Below, piece by piece: positions 9,026 through 18,874 of a stretch of DNA of 64,000 bases (positions within the stretch are counted from its first letter, which is position 1; every line of letters starts with the position of its first letter). Origin of the DNA: Patescibacteria group bacterium (GTDB lineage: Bacteria; Patescibacteriota; Minisyncoccia; UBA6257; 2-01-FULL-56-20); assembly GCA_018971305.1 (NCBI GenBank), contig JAGXBC010000003.1, positions 92,325 to 156,324 of the forward strand, written 5' to 3'. The notes beneath the pieces are model-generated. The model did not search any database. It had not been told where the DNA came from and saw only the letters and a program-made list of their open reading frames with translations. Position numbers and translations under genes: made by a program.

Positions 9026-9337
9026 ATGGCTAGTAAATCGACAGATCAGGAATTTTTGGAATATCTGGTCAAGTCACTGGTTGATCACCCGGACGATGTG
9101 AAGGTTGATCGCAAAGTTGACGAAATGGGAGTCCTTCTCTCTTTGAGAGTGAATCCCGTAGATATGGGCCAGGTAGTCGGACGCCAGGGCGCGACTGCGA
9201 AATCCATCCGCGCTCTTCTGAGGATCGTAGGCATCAAGAATAATGCCCGCGTGAATCTGAAGATTGAGGAACCGGAAGGCAGTACTCGCGGTCCTCGTCC
9301 AATGGGCGACAGACCACCCCGCAGAGAAGAGTACTAA
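9026..9337 (+). CDS. khpA: KH-domain RNA-binding protein (KhpA/YlqC family) with a basic C-terminal tail
   Basis: The GxxG KH motif in VVGRQGATAKSIRALL. Placement directly after rpsP is the conserved rpsP-khpA gene order. Confidence 0.7.
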   Translation: MASKSTDQEFLEYLVKSLVDHPDDVKVDRKVDEMGVLLSLRVNPVDMGQVVGRQGATAKSIRALLRIVGIKNNARVNLKIEEPEGSTRGPRPMGDRPPRREEY

Positions 9338-9426
9338 TTCTCCGTATCTCGTAAAAGCCGCTCCGATAGACATCGGGGCGGTTTTTAGTTTATTATAAAG
9401 TAAGTTTATGATTCGGAGGTCCAAGT

Positions 9427-9870
9427 ATGGAGAATAATAGAAGGGAACTCATAGGGATAATTCCTCTTGGCGGAGACGAATTTGCCAATATATATCGATT
9501 AGATCTTTCCAATCCTGAAGAATTAACCAAATTAAAACCGGCTACATGGCGATTGTCAGACGAGGAATGGGTACTGTTGGCCTCCATAGCTGGCGTGGCT
9601 CATGCCTGGAACCATGATTTTCAAGAATATGTTAAGCGTGAAATCGTTGCCGAGCGCTTGCCTGCAAATTTCCGCCCATCGCAATGTTTCGGTGAGATTG
9701 GCCTAAAAGGTTTCAAATTGGTGAACGGAGATTTTCGGGAGTTTATTGTATATATGACCAATGAAAAGTGGCCGCTTCACAAGCTAGGTATTTTCGGTCA
9801 GTGGTTCATGAAATCTAAAATAAATCCTGGCTATGCGCAGGAAATCATTAAGGAATATCTCGAGGATTAA
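9427..9870 (+). CDS. hypothetical protein
   Basis: ORF with a terminator at 9881-9906 and no recognisable motif. Confidence 0.35.
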   Translation: MENNRRELIGIIPLGGDEFANIYRLDLSNPEELTKLKPATWRLSDEEWVLLASIAGVAHAWNHDFQEYVKREIVAERLPANFRPSQCFGEIGLKGFKLVNGDFREFIVYMTNEKWPLHKLGIFGQWFMKSKINPGYAQEIIKEYLED

Positions 9871-9880
9871 TGTGGTTGCG

Positions 9881-9906
9881 CGGCGCAAATTACTTGCGCC
9901 GTTTTT
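9881..9906 (+). terminator. rho-independent terminator GGCGCAA-attac-TTGCGCC plus T5
   Basis: Hairpin with a T-run after the 9427-9870 CDS. Confidence 0.65.
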
Positions 9907-9943
9907 ATTTGCAAAATAAAAATATCCTGCTATCATAATCGTA

Positions 9944-10534
9944 ATGCTTTCTTATACAGACCTGACGAAAGGTGTTTTATTCATCTACGAAGGGGCGCCC
10001 TACGAGGTTTTGGAGACGCATTTCTTGCGCATGCAGCAAAGGAAGGCCGTCGTGCAGACCCGCATCCGCAACCTAATGACGGGTAAGCTTTTGGACCGTA
10101 ACTTCCAGGCAAGCGACACCTTTGAAGAAGCGGAGATAGAAAAGAGAAAAGCAAGTTTTATCTACAAGAAGCCGGGGCGTGGTGCGGATGCCGTCGACGA
10201 ATACTGGTTTAATGAAAAAGGAAATCCTGCCAGCCGTTTTGCTATCTCCGGGGAGTTATTGGGAGGAGGTGGACAATTTTTAAAACCCAACACGGAAGTG
10301 GAAACAGTGGTTTTTAAAGAGAAAGTTATCAAAGTTGCCCTTCCGATAAAGATGGAATTCAAAGTTGTGGAGGCGCCGCCGGCGATAAAGGGCAATACGG
10401 CTCAAGGTGGAACGAAAGTTGTAGAGCTGGAGGGTGGAGCTAAAATCAGCGCGCCTTTATTTATCAATCAGGGTGATCTCGTACGCATAAACACGGAAAC
10501 CGGTGAGTATGTTGAGAGAGTGGAAAAGAAATAG
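9944..10534 (+). CDS. efp: elongation factor P
   Basis: The KOW-like N-terminus is typical of EF-P and the three-domain length is right. Confidence 0.9.
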   Translation: MLSYTDLTKGVLFIYEGAPYEVLETHFLRMQQRKAVVQTRIRNLMTGKLLDRNFQASDTFEEAEIEKRKASFIYKKPGRGADAVDEYWFNEKGNPASRFAISGELLGGGGQFLKPNTEVETVVFKEKVIKVALPIKMEFKVVEAPPAIKGNTAQGGTKVVELEGGAKISAPLFINQGDLVRINTETGEYVERVEKK

Positions 10535-10543
10535 AATTTCGGC

Positions 10544-11095
10544 ATGAAGTTCAAATTGGGCGACAAGAAACTTCTCTTTAAAGGGAAGTATATCAATTTG
10601 TGGGGTAGAGAGTTCGGCGATGGCAGCGGAAATTCTCATGTTTGGGAATATATGGAAAAACGAGATGTTGTTTTCGTATTGCCCGTCACGGATGATGGCA
10701 AGGCGATTCTCATAAAGAATTACCGGGTGCCTCTGGAAAAATATGTGATAGAAACTCCGGCCGGCTTAATGGACAAAGAAAGCGAGAGCCGCGAAGACGC
10801 GGTCAAACGCGAATTATTGGAGGAGACGGGATACGAAGCTTCCGAATGGCATGCGCTTCCTCCGCAGCCATATCGCTCCGGTAGTTCAAAGAATTTGATG
10901 TACGGATTTATAGCTAAGGGTTTGAAAAAAGTAAAAGACGGAATTACGGGGGACGATACCGAAGATATATCCATTATGGAAGTGCCTTTGAAAGACCTGG
11001 TTAGGTTATGGCTGAACCCTTCGGATGACATATTTTTTGAACCGGAAATAATAGCCATGTATCAGGCGGGAATCGAAATGGGATTGCTTAAATAG
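10544..11095 (+). CDS. NUDIX hydrolase (ADP-ribose pyrophosphatase-like)
   Basis: Nudix box GLMDKESESREDAVKRELLEETGY, which fits Gx5Ex7REUxEExGU. Confidence 0.75.
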   Translation: MKFKLGDKKLLFKGKYINLWGREFGDGSGNSHVWEYMEKRDVVFVLPVTDDGKAILIKNYRVPLEKYVIETPAGLMDKESESREDAVKRELLEETGYEASEWHALPPQPYRSGSSKNLMYGFIAKGLKKVKDGITGDDTEDISIMEVPLKDLVRLWLNPSDDIFFEPEIIAMYQAGIEMGLLK

Positions 11096-11112
11096 CGTTA
11101 AATTATAAAGCG

Positions 11113-12225
11113 ATGAATAAAATAGTTGCAAATATTGGTCAGGCACCAAAGCAAAAAGTTTTCGTCGCTATGTCGGGCGGAGTAGATAGCTCCGTCGCTG
11201 CCTTGTTGCTCCAAAATGATGGCTATGATGTAGTCGGAGTTTTTATGAAATGCTATAACCTTGACGGTTGTGCCGAACGCGATGCCGAAGACGCCCGCCG
11301 GGTGGCGCAGAAGCTGGATATACCTTTCTACGCCTGGGATTTTGAAAAAGAATATAAAGAGAAGGTGGTGGATTATATGATAGAGGGTTACAGACAAGGT
11401 ATCACTCCCAATCCCGATGTAATGTGCAATAAAGAAATAAAGTTCGGCTTATTTTTTAAAAAAGCGATGGCGATGGGTGCGGACTTTATTGCTACGGGCC
11501 ATTATGTCCGCCTCAAAGACGGGAGGTTGTATCAGGCCGTAGATAACAATAAAGATCAAAGTTATTTTCTTTGGACCTTAACGCAAGAACAATTGCCGCA
11601 CTGCCTTTTTCCGATAGGAGATTATATAAAATCGAAAGTTCGAGAAATTGCCCGCCAAGCCGGTCTGCCTACGGCGGATAAAAAGGATTCGCAAGGGATA
11701 TGTTTTTTGGGGAAAATTTCCGTGGATGATTTTTTGAAGCAATATATTCCCGAGCGGCGAGGAGCGGTTATTACCGCTGCTGGTAAAAAAATAGGGGAGC
11801 ATTCCGGAGCCGAATTTTATACTATCGGTCAGAGGCACATTGATGCCGACATTGTGTTTCCGAAAACCGGCAAAACCGCGGAGCGGCAGCCGCTTTATGT
11901 TTCAGAAAAGAACGTTAAAGATAATACGGTTACTGTAGCCGAGGGAAAAGATAACCAAGCGTTGTATAAAAAGGAAATTCATCTAGCCGGTATCAATTTT
12001 ATGAGCGGAGCGCTGCCCAAGATTAGTTCTCTGACCGTTTTAGCCCGCGTACGCTATCGCCAGCCGCTCGGCAAAGCGGTCTTAAACGGCACGACACTTA
12101 CATTCGAACAGCCGCAAAAATTTGTGGCGGTCGGACAGTCGGTAGTATTTTACCTGCCCTCCGAAACTTTATTGAAGGAGGGTTCGCTACAATATGAAAT
12201 GCTCGGCGGCGGTATTATTTTATAA
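11113..12225 (+). CDS. mnmA: tRNA-specific 2-thiouridylase
   Basis: PP-loop SGGVDSSVAA, a conserved Cys near GICFLG, and MnmA-length architecture. Confidence 0.9.
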   Translation: MNKIVANIGQAPKQKVFVAMSGGVDSSVAALLLQNDGYDVVGVFMKCYNLDGCAERDAEDARRVAQKLDIPFYAWDFEKEYKEKVVDYMIEGYRQGITPNPDVMCNKEIKFGLFFKKAMAMGADFIATGHYVRLKDGRLYQAVDNNKDQSYFLWTLTQEQLPHCLFPIGDYIKSKVREIARQAGLPTADKKDSQGICFLGKISVDDFLKQYIPERRGAVITAAGKKIGEHSGAEFYTIGQRHIDADIVFPKTGKTAERQPLYVSEKNVKDNTVTVAEGKDNQALYKKEIHLAGINFMSGALPKISSLTVLARVRYRQPLGKAVLNGTTLTFEQPQKFVAVGQSVVFYLPSETLLKEGSLQYEMLGGGIIL

Positions 12226-12301
12226 TCAGGCGGCAGATTTACTTTAAAACGATTCTGTGGTATTATAATTTCAGAAAATACTTATAATCAGGAGAATAAA
12301 A

Positions 12302-12709
12302 GTGGAACAAGAAGGTATTGATAAGTCTTGCATGCTTGTAGACAACAATGAATCCTGTGTCTTGTTTAATATTCTTACCTCCATGCTCCCGGATTTTGTA
12401 GCGGAATGCGTGGATCTTGATACGGATTTAGGATATGACACCGTTAGAATGGTCCGTGACGATCTTGAGCACTCTATGTTACACGGAGCCCCAATTCATG
12501 TTTCTGGAAAAGAGAAAATAGCCATTCTCCGACTGGTTGAAATAGGCATTAAATTTCGGGAACAAATCGGTCCGGTGGGTTGCCACCATACGCCCATGGA
12601 ACATCAGGAGTTCATTGACGAGATTTCTCGTCGCATCAGAATCTCCTACGCAGTAGAATTTACGGAAAAAGATAGGACATATCTAAAAGAGTTGAATGTC
12701 TCATTGTAG
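12302..12709 (+). CDS. hypothetical protein
   Basis: ORF only. A hairpin follows at about 12727-12746. Confidence 0.3.
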   Translation: MEQEGIDKSCMLVDNNESCVLFNILTSMLPDFVAECVDLDTDLGYDTVRMVRDDLEHSMLHGAPIHVSGKEKIAILRLVEIGIKFREQIGPVGCHHTPMEHQEFIDEISRRIRISYAVEFTEKDRTYLKELNVSL

Positions 12710-12842
12710 CCCATTATTTTTTTTAAAGCCTCCTTTATCGGAGGCCGATTTTTTTGACATCATCGCTTTTTAAATATAGAATTTTCCTAAATAGACAACC
12801 CCTAAGGCCCTGAGCTGCGGGGAGTTTAGCTGTTTTGGTACA

Positions 12843-14867
12843 ATGGAAAAATTTGCATTGGTCTCAGAAAATAAGCCCGCAGGCGATCAGCCCAAAGCGA
12901 TTCAATCGCTTGTTTCTGGTTTGGAAAAAGGCTACAGCGACCAAACGCTTCTGGGCGTGACGGGCAGCGGTAAAACTTTTACGGTGGCGAATGTTATTGC
13001 GGAGATAAATAAGCCGACGCTTGTTATCGCTCACAATAAAACTCTGGCTGCCCAGCTCACGAACGAGTTCCGAGAACTCTTCCCAAAGAATTCGGTGAAT
13101 TATTTCGTTTCTTACTACGACTACTACCAGCCGGAGGCCTATATTCCTTCATCGGATACTTATATAGATAAAGAGGCGCTCATTAACGACGAGATAGATA
13201 AGCTCCGCCACGCGGCAACAACTGCGCTTCTTACGCGGCCGGATGTTATCGTTGTAGCCTCCGTTTCCTGTATCTACGGCTTGGGAGCGCCGGAGATTTA
13301 CGCCCAGAACATTTTCCACTTTAAAGTTGGCGACAAGATCGATCGTAAAGGATTCGCCCGGAAACTTGTGGAACTCCAATTCAGCCGTACGAGCTCAGAT
13401 CTGAAGAGGGGAACCTATCGTTTGCGCGGCGACAATTGGGAGATAATGCCGGCAGATCGCGAGGTTATCTATAATTTTGAAGTTAAAAATAATACCATAC
13501 GAGCTATTTATGAAATTGACCCGGTCATGGGATTCCGTCCCGGTAAAACCCCGAATGTTCCGGATGTGATTTTCGCGCCGGCAAAACATTTTATAACCGA
13601 AGCGCCGGAACGTGAGCGGGCTATAGAAGCTATTAAAAGTGAACTCAAAGAGCGGCTGAAATTTTTTGAAAAGAACGGAAAATTCCTGGAAGCTGAGCGC
13701 CTGGAACGGCGCACAAAATTTGATATAGCGATGATGCGTGAAGTCGGTTATTGCCACGGTATTGAGAATTATTCCCGCCATCTATCCGGCCGCGCCGCCG
13801 GCGAGCCGCCAGACACTCTTCTGGATTATTTTCCGCACGACAAAAGCGGCAAACCCGGATTTCTCACTGTCATCGATGAATCACACATGACGGTTCCTCA
13901 GCTGCGGGGAATGTTTGAGGGTGATAAATCGCGCAAAGAGACATTGGTTGAATATGGTTTTCGCTTACCATCTGCCAAAGATAATCGCCCGCTTAGGTTT
14001 TCTGAATTTAAAGAAAAGATCGGACAGACGATTTATACCTCCGCTACGCCCAGCCCGTACGAATTAGAAATGAGCGGGCAGGCCTGTTCCGAGCCAAATC
14101 GAGGTGTCGTTGAACAGATAATCCGTCCTACGGGGCTTGTAGATCCGAAAATCACGATACGGCCGGCGCGCGGCCAGGTGGAAGATCTCATTCCGCGTTT
14201 GGAAGAGCGAGTTAAAAAGAAAGAGCGCGTGCTAGTGACAACGCTCACAAAACGCATGGCCGAAGACCTATCCGCTTATCTGGAAGAAAAAAAGATGAAA
14301 GTGAGCTATCTCCATAGCGACGTAAAAACTATGGACCGCATAAGGATTCTTACAGATTTGCGTCGGGGGAAAATCGAAATCCTTGTGGGTGTTAATCTCT
14401 TGCGCGAAGGCTTAGACCTGCCGGAGGTTTCACTTGTCGCCATCATGGACGCGGACAAAGAAGGATTCCTTCGCAGCGAGGTGTCTCTGATACAGACCAT
14501 CGGCCGGGCAGCTAGAAACGTTGCCGGCGAGGTTTTGATATACGCAGACCGGATAACAGGTTCCATTAAACATGCGGTGGGGGAAACGGAGCGTCGCCGC
14601 AAAATTCAGCTTGCATACAACAAAAAACATAACATAACACCAGCGACAATTGTCAAAAAGATTTCGGACATCCTGCCAAATGTGGACGAAATCTTGCAGT
14701 TAGAAACGAAACCGATTCCTAAAACCAAAACCGGCATGCAGAAACTTCTTGCGGCAAAGGAACGTGAGATGAAAGAAGCCGCTAAACGACTGGATTTTGA
14801 ATTGGCGGCGATACTCCGTGACGAGATTAAGGAATTATCAAAAAAAATAGGAAAAAAATACAAATAA
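12843..14867 (+). CDS. uvrB: excinuclease ABC subunit B
   Basis: Helicase motif I GVTGSGKTF, the beta-hairpin region, and a C-terminal UVR domain (LDFELAAILRDEIKEL). Confidence 0.95.
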   Translation: MEKFALVSENKPAGDQPKAIQSLVSGLEKGYSDQTLLGVTGSGKTFTVANVIAEINKPTLVIAHNKTLAAQLTNEFRELFPKNSVNYFVSYYDYYQPEAYIPSSDTYIDKEALINDEIDKLRHAATTALLTRPDVIVVASVSCIYGLGAPEIYAQNIFHFKVGDKIDRKGFARKLVELQFSRTSSDLKRGTYRLRGDNWEIMPADREVIYNFEVKNNTIRAIYEIDPVMGFRPGKTPNVPDVIFAPAKHFITEAPERERAIEAIKSELKERLKFFEKNGKFLEAERLERRTKFDIAMMREVGYCHGIENYSRHLSGRAAGEPPDTLLDYFPHDKSGKPGFLTVIDESHMTVPQLRGMFEGDKSRKETLVEYGFRLPSAKDNRPLRFSEFKEKIGQTIYTSATPSPYELEMSGQACSEPNRGVVEQIIRPTGLVDPKITIRPARGQVEDLIPRLEERVKKKERVLVTTLTKRMAEDLSAYLEEKKMKVSYLHSDVKTMDRIRILTDLRRGKIEILVGVNLLREGLDLPEVSLVAIMDADKEGFLRSEVSLIQTIGRAARNVAGEVLIYADRITGSIKHAVGETERRRKIQLAYNKKHNITPATIVKKISDILPNVDEILQLETKPIPKTKTGMQKLLAAKEREMKEAAKRLDFELAAILRDEIKELSKKIGKKYK

Positions 14868-14885
14868 AATTAAAAGCCGCTCCGT

Positions 14886-15173
14886 TTATCTGGAGGCGGC
14901 CAATATGGCGCTGATTATTTTTGCCATTGAGGCAAAGTTGTTAAAGAACCAAATATTTCCTTCCCTATCTCTTATCTCGAGATATTCCAGATTATTTTCC
15001 TGAGACAACTTGAATTTAATGGAGAAGTCACCATCGGCGACTGCCTTCCAAAATCCTTCCCGATGGACAACCTTATTCAGATATTCATTGGATATTTTTA
15101 AGGCCATGAGAACCTCTTCGCGATAGGACTTACGGTCCAGTAGTAAATTTTCTTCCGAATCGGAATCTTTCAA
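14886..15173 (-). CDS. hypothetical protein
   Basis: ORF convergent with uvrB. Confidence 0.3.
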   Translation of the reverse strand: MKDSDSEENLLLDRKSYREEVLMALKISNEYLNKVVHREGFWKAVADGDFSIKFKLSQENNLEYLEIRDREGNIWFFNNFASMAKIISAILAASR

Positions 15174-15332
15174 ATTGCCTCACCACCTTTTTATTTCAAG
15201 CACTATTTTTATTTTATGCCTTGGTTCACAAACCGCAAGGCAGGCCTTCTGGTTGGAGTATTGACGTAGGGCAAGATTCGGTATTAATATGAAAAATAGT
15301 TTATTAATAGCGGTAGTAAAGGAGAGCGGCTT

Positions 15333-15728
15333 ATGCCAGTGGAATTAACCGAAGTAGCCGAATTGGATGCTCTTAATAAGAAGATTTTGGAACTCACACA
15401 ACAAAGAGACAACACTTTGCGGGAATTACGCAAGAAGTGTAATCATCTTCGTTTGGTTGAGATAGATTCTTCTAGTCCGCCCATGCGCATATGTGCCGAC
15501 TGCGGAGCCGAGGAAAGAGGTTGGTATTGCGGATACCATGTCCTTATCATGAGCGGAGATACATGGATTGACCCGTACAAAGATGAGCGTACTATCGTCA
15601 AAAAGACGTCTTCTATGTCCGAGTTTAACCAGTACCGCAAAGCCGGTTCCCGATATCCCGTTGGGCAAAGCCATCCTAATTTTGGGAAACCGAGGCAGTC
15701 CAGGGAACAATTAACTGAAATTCCGTAG
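15333..15728 (+). CDS. hypothetical zinc-ribbon protein
   Basis: CADCG...CGYH cysteine pairs. Confidence 0.3.
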   Translation: MPVELTEVAELDALNKKILELTQQRDNTLRELRKKCNHLRLVEIDSSSPPMRICADCGAEERGWYCGYHVLIMSGDTWIDPYKDERTIVKKTSSMSEFNQYRKAGSRYPVGQSHPNFGKPRQSREQLTEIP

Positions 15729-15816
15729 AATATTTTTACAAATCAAGGCGTCTATATGACGCCATTTTTTTCTGCACGCAACGAGAAATTAATGTATCAT
15801 TAAATGATCATTCACG

Positions 15817-16317
15817 ATGAGACTATCCCGACGGCAAACTTACGAACCAGAAGAAGAGTATAAACCAGTTTATCTTACGGCGGATGGTTTTGCCCGTCTT
15901 AAGGCCAAGATTGCCGCTATAAAAGAGAAGTTGCCGACACTGGCAGAGGAAACCAGACGAACGGCGGCGTACGGCGACCGTTCGGAGAATGCTGAATATA
16001 AAGAAGCAAAGTCATCGCTCCGCCGTGCGAATTGGCAGATACTTCATCTGGAAGACCAGCTCAAACGCGTGGAGGTTATAAAACAATCTCCAAATAAGCT
16101 CGGTAAAATCGGGCTCGGTTCAACCGTTACTCTTAAAGTGGGAGATAAAAAGGAAATTTTTGAGATATTGGGTTCGCACGAATCTAATCCTTCGCGCGGG
16201 CGCATATCTTATGTTTCACCGCTCGGCGCCGCCCTTATGAACCGCTCAAAAGGGGACCTAGTGACGATCCAAACCGCGAATGGGTTTAGGGCGTATAAAA
16301 TCATTGAAGTCCGCTGA
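15817..16317 (+). CDS. greA: transcription elongation factor GreA
   Basis: N-terminal coiled coil with AAYGDRSENAEYKEAK, and a C-terminal FKBP-like domain. Confidence 0.85.
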   Translation: MRLSRRQTYEPEEEYKPVYLTADGFARLKAKIAAIKEKLPTLAEETRRTAAYGDRSENAEYKEAKSSLRRANWQILHLEDQLKRVEVIKQSPNKLGKIGLGSTVTLKVGDKKEIFEILGSHESNPSRGRISYVSPLGAALMNRSKGDLVTIQTANGFRAYKIIEVR

Positions 16318-16521
16318 TCTGTTTCGCCGGCGATTAATAAAAAAACAACCCCGATAAAATGCCTAGGCAAAATTATCGAGGTTTTTATTATCTGCCCGCT
16401 GATACCCAGCCGCTTGCGGCGGGGATGAAGCGGTGCGCAGATAATAAACCCCGCCGACGGCGGGGTGAATAACCGCCTTACTGCAAATAGATACCGCGCT
16501 GCTTGCAGCGCGGTTATTCAT

Positions 16522-17259
16522 TTATCTGCTTGTCGGAAGTGTCGCAAGCTTTAACGAACAGAGTAGGCGGATGAATATCCAGCCAAGGTCAACTTCGCTC
16601 CATTTGTAGCGTAGAGAAGGATTCCCCGGTTTGTGGTGATGATTGTTGTGCAGACCTTCTCCCATCGTAATCCAAGCGATAAGCCGGTTATTGAACGCTG
16701 GCTTATTCTTAAAATTTTTGTAACCGCGGACATGGCACCACCCGTTTATCAAATTGTTTAAAAAAAACAGATAAAGAAACGTGTGGGTTCCCGCGATAAT
16801 GAGCGTTGGCCAAAATCTAAATCCAACAAGCATGTAGAGCAGTCCGATACCTACCGCAAGTCCCACTTTCGGCGATTTGAAAATCGTTTCCTCTGCAAGT
16901 GTGGGCTTGATGTTTTTAGCGCAAGCGAGGACCTCTGGCCTTTTTGCGGCCTTGCGATAAAGAAACAAGTTGCCGAGCTGTACCGCCCAAAGTCCGAGAA
17001 GTATAGGGCTGTGGGGGTCGCCATCTACGTCGGTGTGGTTGTGGTGGTAGCGATGAACCGCCGCCCATTCAATGCGGTTGATGCCTGTCGTCAGCCATAA
17101 ACCGCCCTGCATAAAAAATTCAACCCGTGGATGGAACTTTACGGAACAGTGGGTGGTGCTTCGGTGCAGATAAACTGTGGTCAAGAGCGTGGCTGCCTCA
17201 GCGAGAATAAATCCTAGCAGCGCGTAGAAGAAGAAGTAACCAAGAATGTTGTAGAGCAT
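16522..17259 (-). CDS. membrane fatty-acid (acyl-CoA/acyl-lipid) desaturase
   Basis: Histidine boxes HRYHHNHTD and HNNHHHKPGN, plus TM helices. Confidence 0.7.
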   Translation of the reverse strand: MLYNILGYFFFYALLGFILAEAATLLTTVYLHRSTTHCSVKFHPRVEFFMQGGLWLTTGINRIEWAAVHRYHHNHTDVDGDPHSPILLGLWAVQLGNLFLYRKAAKRPEVLACAKNIKPTLAEETIFKSPKVGLAVGIGLLYMLVGFRFWPTLIIAGTHTFLYLFFLNNLINGWCHVRGYKNFKNKPAFNNRLIAWITMGEGLHNNHHHKPGNPSLRYKWSEVDLGWIFIRLLCSLKLATLPTSR

Positions 17260-17447
17260 ATTGTCATGCCTCCATTCGTTTTGAATTGAAAATAGTACTG
17301 CCTTTATTATGGCAGATTTTCGGGATTAAGCCCAGTTAATAAACTTTGTTTTAAACTTCCGGATGAAATTATTGATATTTAAATAAAAAAATGGCCACCC
17401 GTAAATTTCAGAGTGGCCTAAGTATTGTTGGTAGCGGCGATTTTTTA

Positions 17448-17741
17448 CTACGATCGCTCGCCTAGGAGATAGTGCGCGGCCGAAATCACTCGGCTGCGGG
17501 TGTGGGGCTGAGCCCCTTCCTTTTCCGACTCAGAGACGTTGAGAACACATCCCTTGGAGACGCAGGCTTGTTTCCGGTGCCTGCCGATACTTCGGCCGTG
17601 ACCCCGAATCGTCGCCGGCATCGCATTCGCCGTATCCATGAGGTCTTTCAGGGTGAAGCCGGCAGACAGTACAGACTTCGCTGCAGCGGTTTCATCTTTG
17701 TCCAGTGATCGAAAGAACACCCTTACCGCCATTGCTTGCAT
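17448..17741 (-). CDS. hypothetical 97-aa protein, GC-rich relative to its flanks
   Basis: A strong RBS aaggagaagtagtcATG on the minus strand and a downstream hairpin plus T-run. No identifiable family. Confidence 0.4.
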   Translation of the reverse strand: MQAMAVRVFFRSLDKDETAAAKSVLSAGFTLKDLMDTANAMPATIRGHGRSIGRHRKQACVSKGCVLNVSESEKEGAQPHTRSRVISAAHYLLGERS

Positions 17742-17918
17742 GACTACTTCTCCTTTGTTTTAGCAGTTTTGTATTTCCACCATAATTTCGGTGGATAACT
17801 GCTATTGGTGATTATAGCATATAAATTGTTATTATGTCAAGTAGGGTAAAATACCCCTTAAAATTAAGGGGAATGTAAGTAAATTAAGAGTTATAATTCT
17901 GGCCTTATTTGTGCTACA

Positions 17919-18773
17919 ATGGTTAAAAGCGTCGGGAAACAAATTAAAATTATTTATAAAATGAATCAAAATATTAAAAATGCGGTGTGGGTCGCCGTTG
18001 GTCTTGCGGTTTTGGCGGTAGGGTACGCGGCGTTGAGCTACGCGAACTCTTTCGGCAAATCCATCCAGCCGTCGTCTTTCAGGAGTTTCTCCGTTTCAGG
18101 AGAAGGGAAGGTGGTCGCGATTCCGGATGTCGCGGAATTTTCTTTCACGGTGACAACGGAAGGCGGAACGGACGTTGCTTCTCTGCAGACCACGAATACG
18201 GACAAAGTGAACAAAGCGATTGATTTCGTAAAATCTCAGGGAGTCGCGGACAAAGACATAAAAACTTCTTACTATAATATCAATCCTCGTTATCAGACAT
18301 ATCAATGTCAAAACCCGATTGTTTATGGGAGCAACGGTTCGGCTCCGAGCGTTCAGCCTTGTCCGCCGGCTTCGATAGTCGGCTACACGGTTACTCAGTC
18401 GGTTGATGTTAAAGTTCGCGATTTCAGCAAAACAGGAGCTATTATGAGCGGAGTTGTTACGAACGGAGCGAATCAAATCGGAGCCCTTTCGTTTTCTATA
18501 GACGATCCGACAAAAGTTCGGAGCGAAGCCCGGGCTCAGGCCATAGCCAAAGCGAGGGCCGAGGCGCAAAATATTGCCCAAGCCGGAGGATTTAGCGTTG
18601 GCAGATTGCTTGGCGTAAGCGAGGGATACAATCCGTATCCCGTATATAATAGTTTTTCAATGGCGGCTGGTCTTGGAGGAGCTAAAGCGGATGCTGCCGT
18701 TCCCGCTCCGGCGATCCAGCCGGGTTCGCAGGAAGTGGACGTAACCGTTAGTATGCAGTACGAAATAAATTAA
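17919..18773 (+). CDS. SIMPL/DUF541-family secreted protein; true start probably at M15 (17961)
   Basis: N-terminal TM/signal and two repeated beta-rich halves typical of DUF541. Confidence 0.5.
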   Translation: MVKSVGKQIKIIYKMNQNIKNAVWVAVGLAVLAVGYAALSYANSFGKSIQPSSFRSFSVSGEGKVVAIPDVAEFSFTVTTEGGTDVASLQTTNTDKVNKAIDFVKSQGVADKDIKTSYYNINPRYQTYQCQNPIVYGSNGSAPSVQPCPPASIVGYTVTQSVDVKVRDFSKTGAIMSGVVTNGANQIGALSFSIDDPTKVRSEARAQAIAKARAEAQNIAQAGGFSVGRLLGVSEGYNPYPVYNSFSMAAGLGGAKADAAVPAPAIQPGSQEVDVTVSMQYEIN

Positions 18774-18874
18774 ATTGATTATTGATAACTTAACAGCCCC
18801 GGATAATTCCGGGGCTTTTGTTTTTGGCTCGTATTGGAAAATTTGCGGAGAACGAGGGATAATTAAAAGAAATA

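Noticed and set aside
16783-17100. 105-aa plus-strand ORF inside the desaturase gene
   Set aside because: It is antisense to a gene with both histidine boxes.
17455-17745. GC-rich block as RNase P, tmRNA or SRP RNA
   Set aside because: Neither strand matches P4, tmRNA tag or T-arm, or SRP domain IV consensus. The minus strand has a strong SD plus an ATG, so it was called a CDS instead.
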